From: Octopus sinensis
Taxonomy: Eukaryota
NCBI RefSeq assembly: GCF_006345805.1
Contig: NC_042997.1
Span: 152,892,001 to 152,956,000 of the forward strand
DNA length: 64,000 bases
Direction of reading: 5' to 3'
A program made the position numbers and the translations under genes. The notes under the pieces are model-generated. The model ran no database searches, was not told where the DNA came from, and saw only the letters and a list, made by a program, of their open reading frames with translations. How positions within the stretch are numbered: the first letter of the stretch is position 1; every line of letters begins with the position of its first letter. Positions 39,536 to 51,857 of the stretch are shown piece after piece.

Positions 39536-40934
39536 GATCCTTCCGACAGAGAAAAAGAAAAATCGAAATAAAGAATTAATATTTCATAAGTCAACCAAAA
39601 AGATATGAACTTCAAACTTGAGGTTCAATGGGTTTGAACTAAGAGTGCAGAGAGCCGGATCAAATACAGCAAGATATTCTATCCACCACTTTTCTAATGA
39701 AATACAAAGTTTAAGTCTCCTTTACATTATCTCACCGATTTTTAGTATCAGGTACACATCTCTCACCCTTTTGTTTACACACGCTTGTAAACAGATTTAA
39801 AATCGTAATCCATTTTAACACAATGATCACAGTCTTACATACATACAACATACATACATACAAATGTGTGTGTGTATGTGCTTTAATATGCATATATGAA
39901 TGAGGTCGATTGTTACAGGGAAAGAGAATCATATGCAAAGGTTTAGTTCGAAGCTATTGAAGCTATAAATTGTAGCGTATAATTATTAGGTTTAAAAACC
40001 TTTAGATATGAGAAGTCATCAATGTTTAGATAAATATAACTGCTTCTGATTTATCAAGAAGAGTTAAACAACGAAAGTCAATATGCAGATGGTGTACACA
40101 GTTTCTTAATGAATTTTAACTGAATGGTTCAATAATGTAGTGCGCCAAATCTCGTATTGTCATTCTTTCTGTCAGTGTACTTGCACTACTATATAAATTA
40201 CTCACAAATCTATACTGTCGTGGGGTTGGGGGTATTACTTTATACTATCCAAAAAGGGGAAAGCATTGGCTGTTCTGATTGAGGTGGGGGAGAGAAGAAG
40301 AAAATAGAAAGGAAGAGAAATAAGATAAATTGATACACGGGAGTAATAAGAGTAGGAAAAGAAACAGAGAAACAGTGAAACTTTTCAGCAATTAAAAGCA
40401 TATGTTACAGGTACTCATGGGATCATGCAGGAGAATACAGAGGAAGATGTAAAAAGAAAAAAAAAATCAAAGTGATATATCTTAAGTACATGTAAGAGAG
40501 GAGCAGAAAGTTAATGTTCTACAAAATAAGCGCATAGTGAATGAGCAATGCTTGAATGATAGTGATTTTTAAAAAACGGAAGTGTCCCTTGTATGATATT
40601 GAGTTTGTGAATAGAGAATATGATAATGAGGAGAGGAAGTGAAGGTGGAATTAAGAATAAGAACGTTTGTGAAATTTATACTTATGTAAATAGAGAGTAA
40701 GAGATAAAATATATGTATACATGTGAGTGAGTCTGTGAGAGTAATACAAGAGTGGAGGGTGGAGATAATAATAATAAAAATGTTAACAGACGAAAAAAAT
40801 GAAACACAAGTAGAAAAATGGCGCAAGGCTTGAAATAATGACATTATCATTTACTGAAAGGAAGCAGAAATAAACAGTCATTTTGATGTGTCTTGTTATA
40901 TATACGATTCTGCGATGCGCGTGTGTGCGTGTGT

Positions 40935-40994
<60 letters not shown>

Positions 40995-41529
40995 GTGGTG
41001 TGTTTGTGTGTGTGTGCATTTGTACGTGTGTGGGCGGGGCGTGTGGTTGTTTGTGTCGGTATGTGTATAAGTGATTGTCCATGTACAAGTGCGTGTGTGT
41101 GTGTGAGTGTGTGTCAAGAGATGTGTGAATGAAGTTGCATGTGTATATGTATGCATGTGTGTGCTTTTACGGCTGTATTATATTTCGCCAAGAAAATGTA
41201 TGCATGCCTTCATTATGCTAAGTATCGCAAATCAAATAGTATGCATACCATGAATTTTTAAGATCCAATAGAGAGCAAACTTAATAATTTAGCAAAAGTA
41301 GTAGAAGTGGATGGGAAATTTAATAGTATACCCATTACATTTTATAACCAACTAGAATAAGAGTATATGTATATATCGCTAACAAGATTCTGTGACTGAC
41401 GCTGGTCTTATACACTCTCCTCTCTCTTTCTATCTATTTGTCGCTTGCTATATCCCCCAATGCTTTTATTTCCTTGTGTGTACATATGTATACATAAATA
41501 CATACATACATACATACACACACACACAG

Positions 41530-41568
<39 letters not shown>

Positions 41569-41591
41569 CATGACGAAATGAACGGATATAT

Positions 41592-41793
41592 GTAAGTATA
41601 TGTGTGTATACCTGTTTTTATTTGAGTACGTGGCCTTCCTGTATGTATGCATGCATGTGTGTATGTATGTATGTATCTATGTATGTATGTATGTATGCAT
41701 GTATGTATGTATGTATGTATGCATGTATGTATGTAAGTATATGTGTGTATATCTGTTTTTATTTGAGTACGTGGCCTTCCTGTATGTACGCAT
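41592..41793. repeat. Local tandem duplication (period 141) of a unique motif of about 60 bp plus (TATG)n
   Basis: GTAAGTATATGTGTGTATA(C/T)CTGTTTTTATTTGAGTACGTGGCCTTCCTGTATG at 41592 and 41733. Confidence 0.85.
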
Positions 41794-41843
41794 GTATGTA
41801 TGTACGCATGTATGTATGTATGTATGTATGTATGTATGTATGT

Positions 41844-41875
<32 letters not shown>

Positions 41876-41978
41876 GTGTGTGTTTGCCTGTGTGTATGTC
41901 TGTATCTACCACTATATTCGTGTACACGCATACATCTTGGTGGACTTAATTTATTATCAACACCATTCTTTCTCTTAT

Positions 41979-42022
<44 letters not shown>

Positions 42023-42711
42023 CTTGTTCTATTTTTGTACCAAATCCTTATTCACCCTTCTGCGCTTGTACTTGTGCAAACATGTATGTGTGTGTGTGCT
42101 TGTGTGTGTGTGCGTGTGTGTGTGTGCGCGTGTGTGTGTGCGTGTGTAATTCTGGCTTTATTTTCAAAATCTCTTGCAAATTCACGAAGAGATGGTCCTT
42201 AACTAAAAAAAAAAAGCGAGAATTTCAATGGAATTTAGATAACAACTAGGTTGTCATGCATGTTTTAAAACGTGTATACACATGAATAAATGAAAATGTT
42301 CTCGACACATGCACGCAATATCGTGCTTGTCATGTATGTATGTTCATACAAGAATGATATGCATGACATTGCTTGCGTTGTTTATGCTATGGCTTATGCA
42401 TCAGCACATGCTGGTATATCTGCATTTATGTATGAGAGCATTAGCTCACAGGTCTAACTTATGTGCTACTTATTTGAATAGTTCCATTAACGATTTCCCT
42501 GTGTACATTTCTAATTTGCTGTGTTTCTGGCTCTGTGAAATCCAGTACATGACGTTTTGGTATCTAATTATGCAATAATTAGATGTATACAGGTATAAAT
42601 ATATAATGTGGTGGCCAGAAAGTAGTACTTGTGGGTCACTTTCATCATGTTAATGTGTGTGTGTGTGTGTGTGTTTATGCGAAACAGGAAGAAAGATTGA
42701 GAGAAAGTTGT

Positions 42712-43038
<327 letters not shown>

Positions 43039-43577
43039 GAGTTACAAATAACTTCATACATTGGAGATGTCCTGGCAGTTTTTAATAATCGCCTAATCTC
43101 TCCAAACAGGCTCTGAGCATATACAATGATGTATAGGTCATGTGGTCAGAAGCTGGTACTGCTTGCAGACATTAACACCTGCCGAGAATAATTTCCAATG
43201 ATTGAAATTATTAGTATCTCATAACTACAAATTGTGTGCATTAAACAATATTTATCTATCGCCTGATGGAATACTTTAAATATTCATCTTACCTAAACTG
43301 AAAAGCAAACGGTTTATATAAATATACATAACCTCGCGCATGCTCAAATACACACACACACACACACACATGCACAAAGACACACTCACACATACTCACA
43401 CTTATATTCATATATGTATATATCTAAAGTTAATCCATTACTCACAAGCGACAATAACCTAGTAGCTTGTATCTAGCCTTTGCTTTTTAGTTTTTGCTGC
43501 TTGTGTAGTTGTGAGCTGAAAAACACACACACACACACACATGCAAACATACGCACATATACACAGACTCACAATCA

Positions 43578-43616
<39 letters not shown>

Positions 43617-43799
43617 GGCTTTCCCACCGTGAACGTGATATAGAGGATTTAATAACTAAAGAGGGTGAATGTTACACCAACTCATATGATACTCATGTAG
43701 ATGACTAGATTCAAGCAACATGAATGAAGAGTCTTGCTGAAGGAGACAACGCAACGCTCTGTGTGGAGGCAAGCACATAAACTCATCAGCATGAACCAA

Positions 43800-44454
43800 A
43801 CATCCTAACGACTTAGAGATACTATTGAGATTGACTAAGATTGGGCTAGTTTCTCCCCTCTCTGGGCGTGCCTGCGGAGGCAGTTCAGGCCAAGGGCGGT
43901 ATAGAATAGCCAGGGGCATTCATCACAGGGTAGAGTTGGCGAGGTCGCGGAAGTGTGTGTCGCTCTTTGTGTTTTCGGTGTCTAATCTCTGCCACTTGAC
44001 GTCTGTTATTTTCCATCAGATGTGTTCCCCTGACGTTGATATGCCGCCACTTTTAGCGGTCCTTGACGATTGTGTCTCAAGTATTTGGGTCAATGGAGCA
44101 GCGGAAGAGAGTGGCCTTGAGTTGGTCTTGGAAATGGAACTTGGGAGCTCTGTACGGCCCGCTGCCTGAGACCAATTATGCACAGAGGATTTGATGGATG
44201 GGTGCGATTGAAGCATATGTACGATGTGTCTCGGCCAGCGGAGAGTTTGTCTGTCACGGTGGCTTCAGTGCTGGATAGTCCTGCCTGGTGCAGAATCTTT
44301 TCTTTGGTAATATATGATTGCGCAAAGTTTGTGGTGTTGGAAACGTTCGAGTTTCTTAAATTCACGTCGATAAAACGCCCACGCCTCACATACATGTTGG
44401 AGTGTGGAAAGGATGACAGCTCGGATTACCATGATTTCCCTTTTGATACTGAGG
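43800..44454 (-). pseudogene. RTE-clade LINE, 3' part of ORF (post-RT region and C-terminal Zn-finger-like motif)
   Basis: RAVILSTLQHVCEAWAFYRREFKKLERFQHHKL...; FQDQLKATLFRCSIDPNT...KDR..WRH...; terminal C.EC...LG-type motif. Frameshifted. Confidence 0.85.
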
Positions 44455-45082
44455 TCATTGTTTTATATATATATATGTATGTATGTATCTATGTCAGCAT
44501 GTATGTAATGTGTGTACAACTTTATGACTACGCCTTTATAATCTGCTAAACCAGTGTCTGCACAGAGAAAATGTGTTACACCACGTCCACAACTGAATTT
44601 ATATATCAAATAATATCACGTATCCATAAACAAATGACTAAAACGAAAATGTTTGCAGCTTCTAAGTTTATATATCGCTACGTCTTGTGACCTTGTGTAT
44701 GTTAATATGTGCAATTTGCCCGTGTTTATGCACAAGGGTATATGAGAGTATTCTTGTGTATGTGTGTTCTTTTTAAAATGTGCTTATATATATCTTTGTT
44801 TACATTTATATCCGCATATTCCATTTATTTATTTATTTTTTTAAATATTTTGTTTTGCTGGTTTTAAAATGGATGCTTTACCGAAGCAGCTGGATCAGGA
44901 TGTATACACACATACTTCCTGCTTACGTTGAATTACAAAGGATACGTACAAACACTCAAAGACTCACGTGGTCAAATATATACACACCTGCAAATGATAA
45001 GTCTATGTAGCAAAAGTGTGTGTATATTTCAATAAATTTTACATCTGGGTATACATACATGTGTGTATGTCTGTGTGTGTAC

Positions 45083-45156
<74 letters not shown>

Positions 45157-45458
45157 TGGGTGAGTGAGCAAACTGAAAAAAAGATCACTCAGCACATTAA
45201 ATAGAAGTTACATGTATCATGCAACTTAAATTTAGCAGGCTTCAAACAGAGGCTCAGCCTGAAAGAGACGCGCTTCTGTTAGAGGCCTGGGAAACCTTAA
45301 GTCGCAAAAACCGAACCAAACATGTGTGTCTACTACACGTGTCTATGTCTTATCTTTTACTCGTGCCAATAATCAACCTGTGGCCGTGCTTGTCATGCTT
45401 GAGCCCCACAATAGTGTTTTCATCTAACAAAACATACCTCATATTTGTTGACATTAAT

Positions 45459-45580
45459 TTCCGCCGGTGTCAACTTTGCTTTTCAAGCTTAATGAAATAA
45501 GTATCAGTTTTATCGATATAAACGACTTACCCCCAGCTCCTTTATTGCTGGTCTTGCGCCATAGTTTGAAATCAATATTT
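45459..45580 (+). mobile_element. SINE family A 3' fragment
   Basis: TTTCCGCCGGTGTCAACTTTGC...AAATAAGTATCAG...GCTGGTCTTGCGCCATAGTTTGAAATC. Confidence 0.6.
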
Positions 45581-46027
45581 ATTGTCAATTCTGGTGTATA
45601 TTCTATTATTTGTTATGCCAAATAGCTAAGTTACTGGAACGTATATTAAAACATACAAATTGTTGTCAAGCGGTGTAAGGTGGTCAACACAGGCAGAAAG
45701 TATGCACACACACACACACCACACACACACACGCGCACACACACACACACATTTAGACACAAACACACTTACACGCGCGCGCGCGAGTACTAAGTTCACT
45801 GACAAAACACTGATTTGCCCCTGTAGTAGATGATACATGGGCAAGTATCTTCTAAAAAAAAAGTTCGATTCCCCTGTGAAACCGTATCTATAACCAAGAT
45901 CAAGGGGTTGCAATGCAAAATTCTTGAAAGGTCAGGCATACTTTCGCCTACATACAGGATCAGGTATATACATACATACACACACACACATATACACATA
46001 TACATGCATCTCTCTCTCTCTCTCTCT

Positions 46028-46079
<52 letters not shown>

Positions 46080-46083
46080 CAAA

Positions 46084-46134
<51 letters not shown>

Positions 46135-46170
46135 GTATTTATATACATATATATACATATACATACATAC

Positions 46171-46218
<48 letters not shown>

Positions 46219-46229
46219 ATATATATATA

Positions 46230-46457
46230 CCGGAGTAAGCACATAAATGTGAAACAATGTGGAAAAAAGAGTACTCACATACCAGAGGTAGTGTAATATG
46301 CTTTATTTAAAAGCAGCAGAAATACAACAAAAGCTGTTACTCAGAGTTTCACGTTCTCGTTCGTCGGATAGTTTTAACAAAACTGTCCGACGAACGGGAA
46401 CGTGAAACTCTGAGGAACAACTTTTGTTATATTTCTGCTGCTTTTAAATAAAGTATA
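46230..46457. mobile_element. PLE pLTR fold-back with two opposed hammerheads, family H2 (minus 46334-46371; plus 46383-46420)
   Basis: Arms 46297-46375 and 46379-46457 match 73/79 with a 3-nt loop. Consensus CTGT-CCGACGA-ACG(GGAA)CGT-GAAA-CTCTGAG-T-A-ACAG. The minus copy keeps a tail to about 46230 next to (TA)n. Confidence 0.85.
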
Positions 46458-47001
46458 TACAGATATATATATTCTCACTTAGGCGCGCATACATGCATAT
46501 AACTTGTCAAGCACCATTAGGAGTTTCGAGCAAAATTTTTGCAAAGGGACATAGAACAAAATGTGTTGATCAATATGCAATTGCTGAAATACTGAGTTTT
46601 CCTTAACAAGAAACTTTCATAGAAAATCATTGTATAATGTACGTCTGTACCCTCCAATAATACATAAATAAGATTTATAGGATTTATAAATGACTCCACC
46701 AAAGTTGCCTGTTCCCGCACAAAAGCTCTTTATATCATTGCAGTCCGTAACCCACCAGGTTGTTTTCAAAATATGCATAAATATCAATGGATAAGAGGGA
46801 AACTACCAGTACCTTGTAGATAAATCTAATTACGGCTCTAATGTTTTGCGCTATTCGAAAACCTACTGTTACCTCCATATTTCTGAGAAACTTTATATTA
46901 TTCGTCACACTACTCTAATTCTAAAAGAAAAGAAACTTGTTTCTACCTGGCCGCGCATGCTCAGATTGTTTCTCGTTAACCTGAAAACAAATTCTCCATA
47001 A

Positions 47002-47162
47002 GCGCAGGAGTGGCTGCGTGGTAAGAGTCTTGCTTCTTAACCACATGGTTCCGGGTTCAGTCCCACTGCATAGCAACTTGGGCAAGTGGCTTCTACTATA
47101 GCCCCTGGCCGGTCAAAGCCTTATAAGTGGATTTGGTAGATCAAAACTGAGAGAAGCCCGTC

Positions 47163-47249
<87 letters not shown>

Positions 47250-47603
47250 AGGCGCGTGGTTTAGTGGTTGGGGTGTCAGCACCATGATCGTGAGATTGTG
47301 GTTTAGATTCCTGGACCGTGCGACCCGTTGTGTTCTTGAGCAAAACACTTCATTTCACGTTGTTCCAGTCCATTCAGCTGGCAAAAATGAGTAACGCTGC
47401 GATGGACTGGCGTCCCGTCCAGCTGCTGAACACATACGCCATGGAAATCAGGAAACCGGGCCCATGAGCCTGGTTAGGCTTTAAAAGGGGCATTTATTTT
47501 ATATATATATATATTTATTGATATATATGTATATATATATTTATTGATATATATATATATATATATTTATTGATATATATATGTATATATTATATATTTA
47601 TTG

Positions 47604-47643
<40 letters not shown>

Positions 47644-47860
47644 AACACTCACATATATATATGTATATAAATATATATATTTGTTATTTGTGTCTGTATT
47701 TGTCACCCCACCGATGTTGGTGTCTTTGCGTCCCCGTCACTTAGGTATTCGGCAAAAAGAGAACGATAAATACAAAGAATAAGCACTGGGATCGATTTGT
47801 TCGACTAAAGGCGGTGCTCCAGCATGGCTGTTGTCAAATGGCTGAAACAAGTAAAAGAAT
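47002..47860 (+). mobile_element. SINE family B interrupted by a family C SINE
   Basis: B head 47002-47165; microsatellite; C insert; microsatellite; B 3' half 47681-47860. Confidence 0.85.
47248..47500 (+). mobile_element. SINE family C (nested)
   Basis: GGAGGCGCGTGGTTTAGTGGTT (A box)...GGTTTAGATTCC (B box)...GTGTTCTTGAGCAAAACAC...CTGCGATGGACTGGCGTCCCGTCCAG. Confidence 0.85.
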
Positions 47861-48022
47861 GTGTCGTGAATGTTATTATTCACATCGATGACTCCGTGGA
47901 AACTCCAAACTATGGTCATTTGAAGAAACCATGGATCATTTGATTGTAATTCTATTTGTATTACATCAGGGTTAGACACTTATGTAACGCAGAAGAGAGT
48001 CATCAATATTAGTTTAGTCCAA

Positions 48023-48229
48023 GGCAACGAGCTGGCAGAATCGTTAACACGCCGAGCAAAGTACTTAACAACATTTCGTCCGTCTTTACCTTCTGAATTC
48101 CAATTCCACTGATGTCGACTTTGACTTCCATTCTTCCCGATTGATAACATACCAGTTGAATGCTGAGGTCGATTTAATCGACTTAGCCTCTCCCCCACAA
48201 CTGCCGGCTTTGTACCAAACTTTGAAACC
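48023..48229 (+). mobile_element. SINE family A
   Basis: GAGCTGGCAGAATCGTTAACACGCCG...GAGGTCGATTTAATCGACTTA...TTTGAAACC. Confidence 0.85.
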
Positions 48230-49090
48230 GATATTACTTTAGTTCTATAATTTTTTCCTCCGGTGCATCAATCATATGCACATCGCTGCTGCAATTTGCT
48301 CAAATTTTGTCTGTGATGCATTTTGTTATAATGAACGACTGTTGTTTAAAATTACAACCCGTTTTGCTATTATATGACATTCGTACTGAGGTGTAATATT
48401 TCTGTAGATTGTGATGTGTTGACTAAATAGTCAAATGACATGTTTGCTTGAAATGCAAGATATAACTGGACAATGCTGTGGTATTCTTCCTTTCATCGCT
48501 CTAAAGACTGTAATCGAGAAAACACATCTCAAATTTACTGTCGCTTATACCTGTGCATGATTTAATTATGTCTTTATTATCCACCTGAGATTTTACCTTC
48601 GCTTTGTAGTCACTGCTTTCATGTAGGATTTCCAAGTTAGAATAGAAGTTTCCTGAATGTTGTTTGAGTTAATTATTTGTCATGTTCCAGATATTTTTGA
48701 TATAAACATAACTGGCTTTGAGATCACTTTCTTTAACAGTCAGTGGTATTTATGTGGTGACTGGGGAGTATATCTTACAAACATTCGCAAAGATTAATTA
48801 GAAGTCATTATAAATTAATCGGGACTGAAATATTAGTCTCTTAGGAGGAAGAGTATTTCGATATATCACATTAGAGAAAATATGATTAGCACTACCTTAC
48901 CACTTTCTTGTTGTTTCCTGCAACTAAATTTTATTTCTGTGCTACACTACTTAATCAAAAAGATCATAACAAAACTTCATAGGGTTTAGTTAAAAACAAA
49001 CTACTAAGCCAGACACACTTACCAAAACGTGCAGCTTTGTGAAAACAGAGTGAAATGTTTGTAAATACCGGATGTATGTATACCGGCACT

Positions 49091-49146
<56 letters not shown>

Positions 49147-49338
49147 TTATTTATACATACATTTTCTTCTTGTATCTGGTTTGCAAAAGATTCTTAATGT
49201 GAATTCGTGTGTTGAAGCAAAACAAAAAAATTATATATATAAAACAATATGTTTAAAAATATGAATAATAAGTGAGTGGAAATCGAAATGGCATTAAGTC
49301 AATATGGCTCTCCCCAGGCACATACATACATACATACA

Positions 49339-49380
<42 letters not shown>

Positions 49381-49914
49381 CGCTTAGTGCAGTCGGAACT
49401 AAATTATAGACAAAACCAATATTTATAACATCATATGTTTCTCTGTTAGTGTTATTATATTTGCGGGGTTTCAAATAGTACGTGTATGAGATATAACAAA
49501 ATATGAGAGAATGATATGTTTTAATTTCATTATTTAATTACACCATTTCATTAATATAGTGCGATTATCAGTTTTAGAATGTCAAATAGATAATCAAGAT
49601 TTATCATCAAGCCAGAGACCTATAACTTTTCTGCGTAACATTGCAAGATTGTTGCAGTGGTGATCGAATCAATCATTGTTAAAATGGCGACTAACAACTC
49701 GATGTTTGATTCTGTCAAGATTTTCCACGATGCATTAATGTTACGCATAAAAGTTACACGTTTCTGATGATTTGTCGATGTCTTCATTATGTAATTTACA
49801 TTATGTAAATAATAATAATTACCTTGAGTTAATAAAACGACGAAACTTATGTAACATAGTGAAGGTAAACGTCTTATAAGCAACCTCTCGTGTTTTATTT
49901 CATTATACATTTAA

Positions 49915-50301
49915 GCGCGGGTGTGGCTATATGGAAAGAGACTTGATTTCTAACCGCATCATTCCAGCTTCAATCCCACTGCGTGGCGCCTTGGCCGGGT
50001 ATTTTCTTATGTAGCCTCAGGCCGACCAAAGCCTTGTGAGTAGATTTTGTGGACGGAAACTGAAAGAATCCCTTCGTATATACATGTATATACGTTTGTG
50101 TGTGTGTGCATTTGTGATTGCACCCCATTGCCGCCGCTTTACAACCGGAGTTGGTGTGTTTACGTCCCCGTAACTTAGTGGTTTGACAAAAGAACCGGAT
50201 GAAATAAGTTCTAGGCTTACAAAGAATAAGTCCTGGGCTTGATTTCTTTGACAAAATCTCATAACTGAGACGAGTAAAAAAAGAATAAAAGAATAAAAGA
50301 A
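49915..50301 (+). mobile_element. SINE family B
   Basis: Head GCGCGGGTGTGGCT...GCTTCAATCCCACTGCGTGGC, family core, tail (GAATAAAA)n. Confidence 0.85.
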
Positions 50302-50307
50302 TGTATG

Positions 50308-50367
<60 letters not shown>

Positions 50368-50498
50368 CTTGAACACGGTTTAGAGATCTATGCAAATCAA
50401 ATTTTTATATATATATAAGACGGAGGTTGAAACAGCACAGACGTAAGTCTAAGAGACTTCGATTTCAGAGGGAATTTAATAAAAATGATTTTTTTAAA

Positions 50499-50608
50499 TA
50501 TATAAAGAAAATAATACCGGTTTCGATACCAAATGTCAGTAAAAGTTTATAATAATTGATATTTGATAAGATGAGATACATCGAAACCGGTAATATTTTC
50601 TTTATATA
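50499..50608. mobile_element. Small pLTR-like fold-back with hammerhead (plus 50559-50596) and an eroded inverted copy
   Basis: Arms 50499-50527 and 50580-50608 match 28/29. Plus strand ATAT-TTGATAA-GATG(AGATA)CATC-GAAA-CCGG-T-A-ATAT. Confidence 0.7.
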
Positions 50609-50721
50609 ATTTTTAATTAGACAATTTTCTATTAAATTCTTTCTTTTATTGAAATGTATTAGACTTCTGTATTATTCCACCTCCATTTTTTATGTACATA
50701 CACATATGTATACACATACAC

Positions 50722-50933
<212 letters not shown>

Positions 50934-50942
50934 GTGTGTGTG

Positions 50943-50979
<37 letters not shown>

Positions 50980-51012
50980 CTCTGTATTCACTTGCTTCAG
51001 TTTTGTTTCATA

Positions 51013-51222
51013 TTAATTGTACTTCGTCCAGAGTTCTTTCGTCACCCTTCTGTGACCTCATCAGTGGTCCTTTTGTTTCCCCCTTCCTAACGACATGCCA
51101 TTTTGAATTCAAAATGACAGATCGTTAGGAAGAAGAGACAGAAAAAAATAAAGAAGAAAGCAAAGGACCACTGATGAGATCACAGAAGTGTAACGAAAAA
51201 TCTCTGGCCGAAATACGATTAA
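51013..51222. mobile_element. Fold-back centred on GAATTC (51105-51110) with two opposed hammerheads, family H6 (minus 51028-51067; plus 51168-51207)
   Basis: Minus CCA-CTGATGA-G-GTCAC(AGAAGG)GTGAC-GAAA-GAAC-T-C-TGG. Plus CCA-CTGATGA-G-ATCAC(AGAA)GTGTAAC-GAAA-AATC-T-C-TGG. No central spacer. Confidence 0.85.
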
Positions 51223-51801
51223 TCTATATATATAAAACTGAGAATGTGTGTGTGTCTGTCTGTCTGTGTGAATCCCTAAAACTTGAGAACTACACAACCA
51301 ATTTCATTCAAATTTTACACATGCCTGACTTAGGGTCAATGTAGTGTCATGGGCAAAAACATTTCTAACTTCTTGCCTAGGGCGAACCAACAGCAATATC
51401 ATATCTTCTCCACTATTTCAGTATTACGTGTTAAAAGTGAAACAAAAGCATCTCTCTATTGTAATGTCAGATACTTTCACTTTAATACTGAAACTATTAC
51501 AGTCAAACTATTATATAAGAGGGATGAACCATTAACAGTGGACATCCATTTTGCTAGAAGAAAATCCGCTATGGTCTTATATGCTACACCACTGGTTTTC
51601 AATTCATACTAATCAAATTAATATTTAATTTCTCACCCTTATTTTAATTTTAAATTTAAACCCAGGACCATGTGTTTTGGAGCAAAGTTTGTTACCACAC
51701 AGCCACACCTGCACCTATGTATGTATGTGTGTGTGTATAGCTGTATGTGCATACATTTATTTCTATACATATAGATGTATATGTATACATATATATGTGT
51801 A

Positions 51802-51857
<56 letters not shown>

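Noticed and set aside
43825-44549. 114-aa and 123-aa plus-strand ORFs
   Set aside because: They are antisense shadows of the minus-strand RTE fragment.
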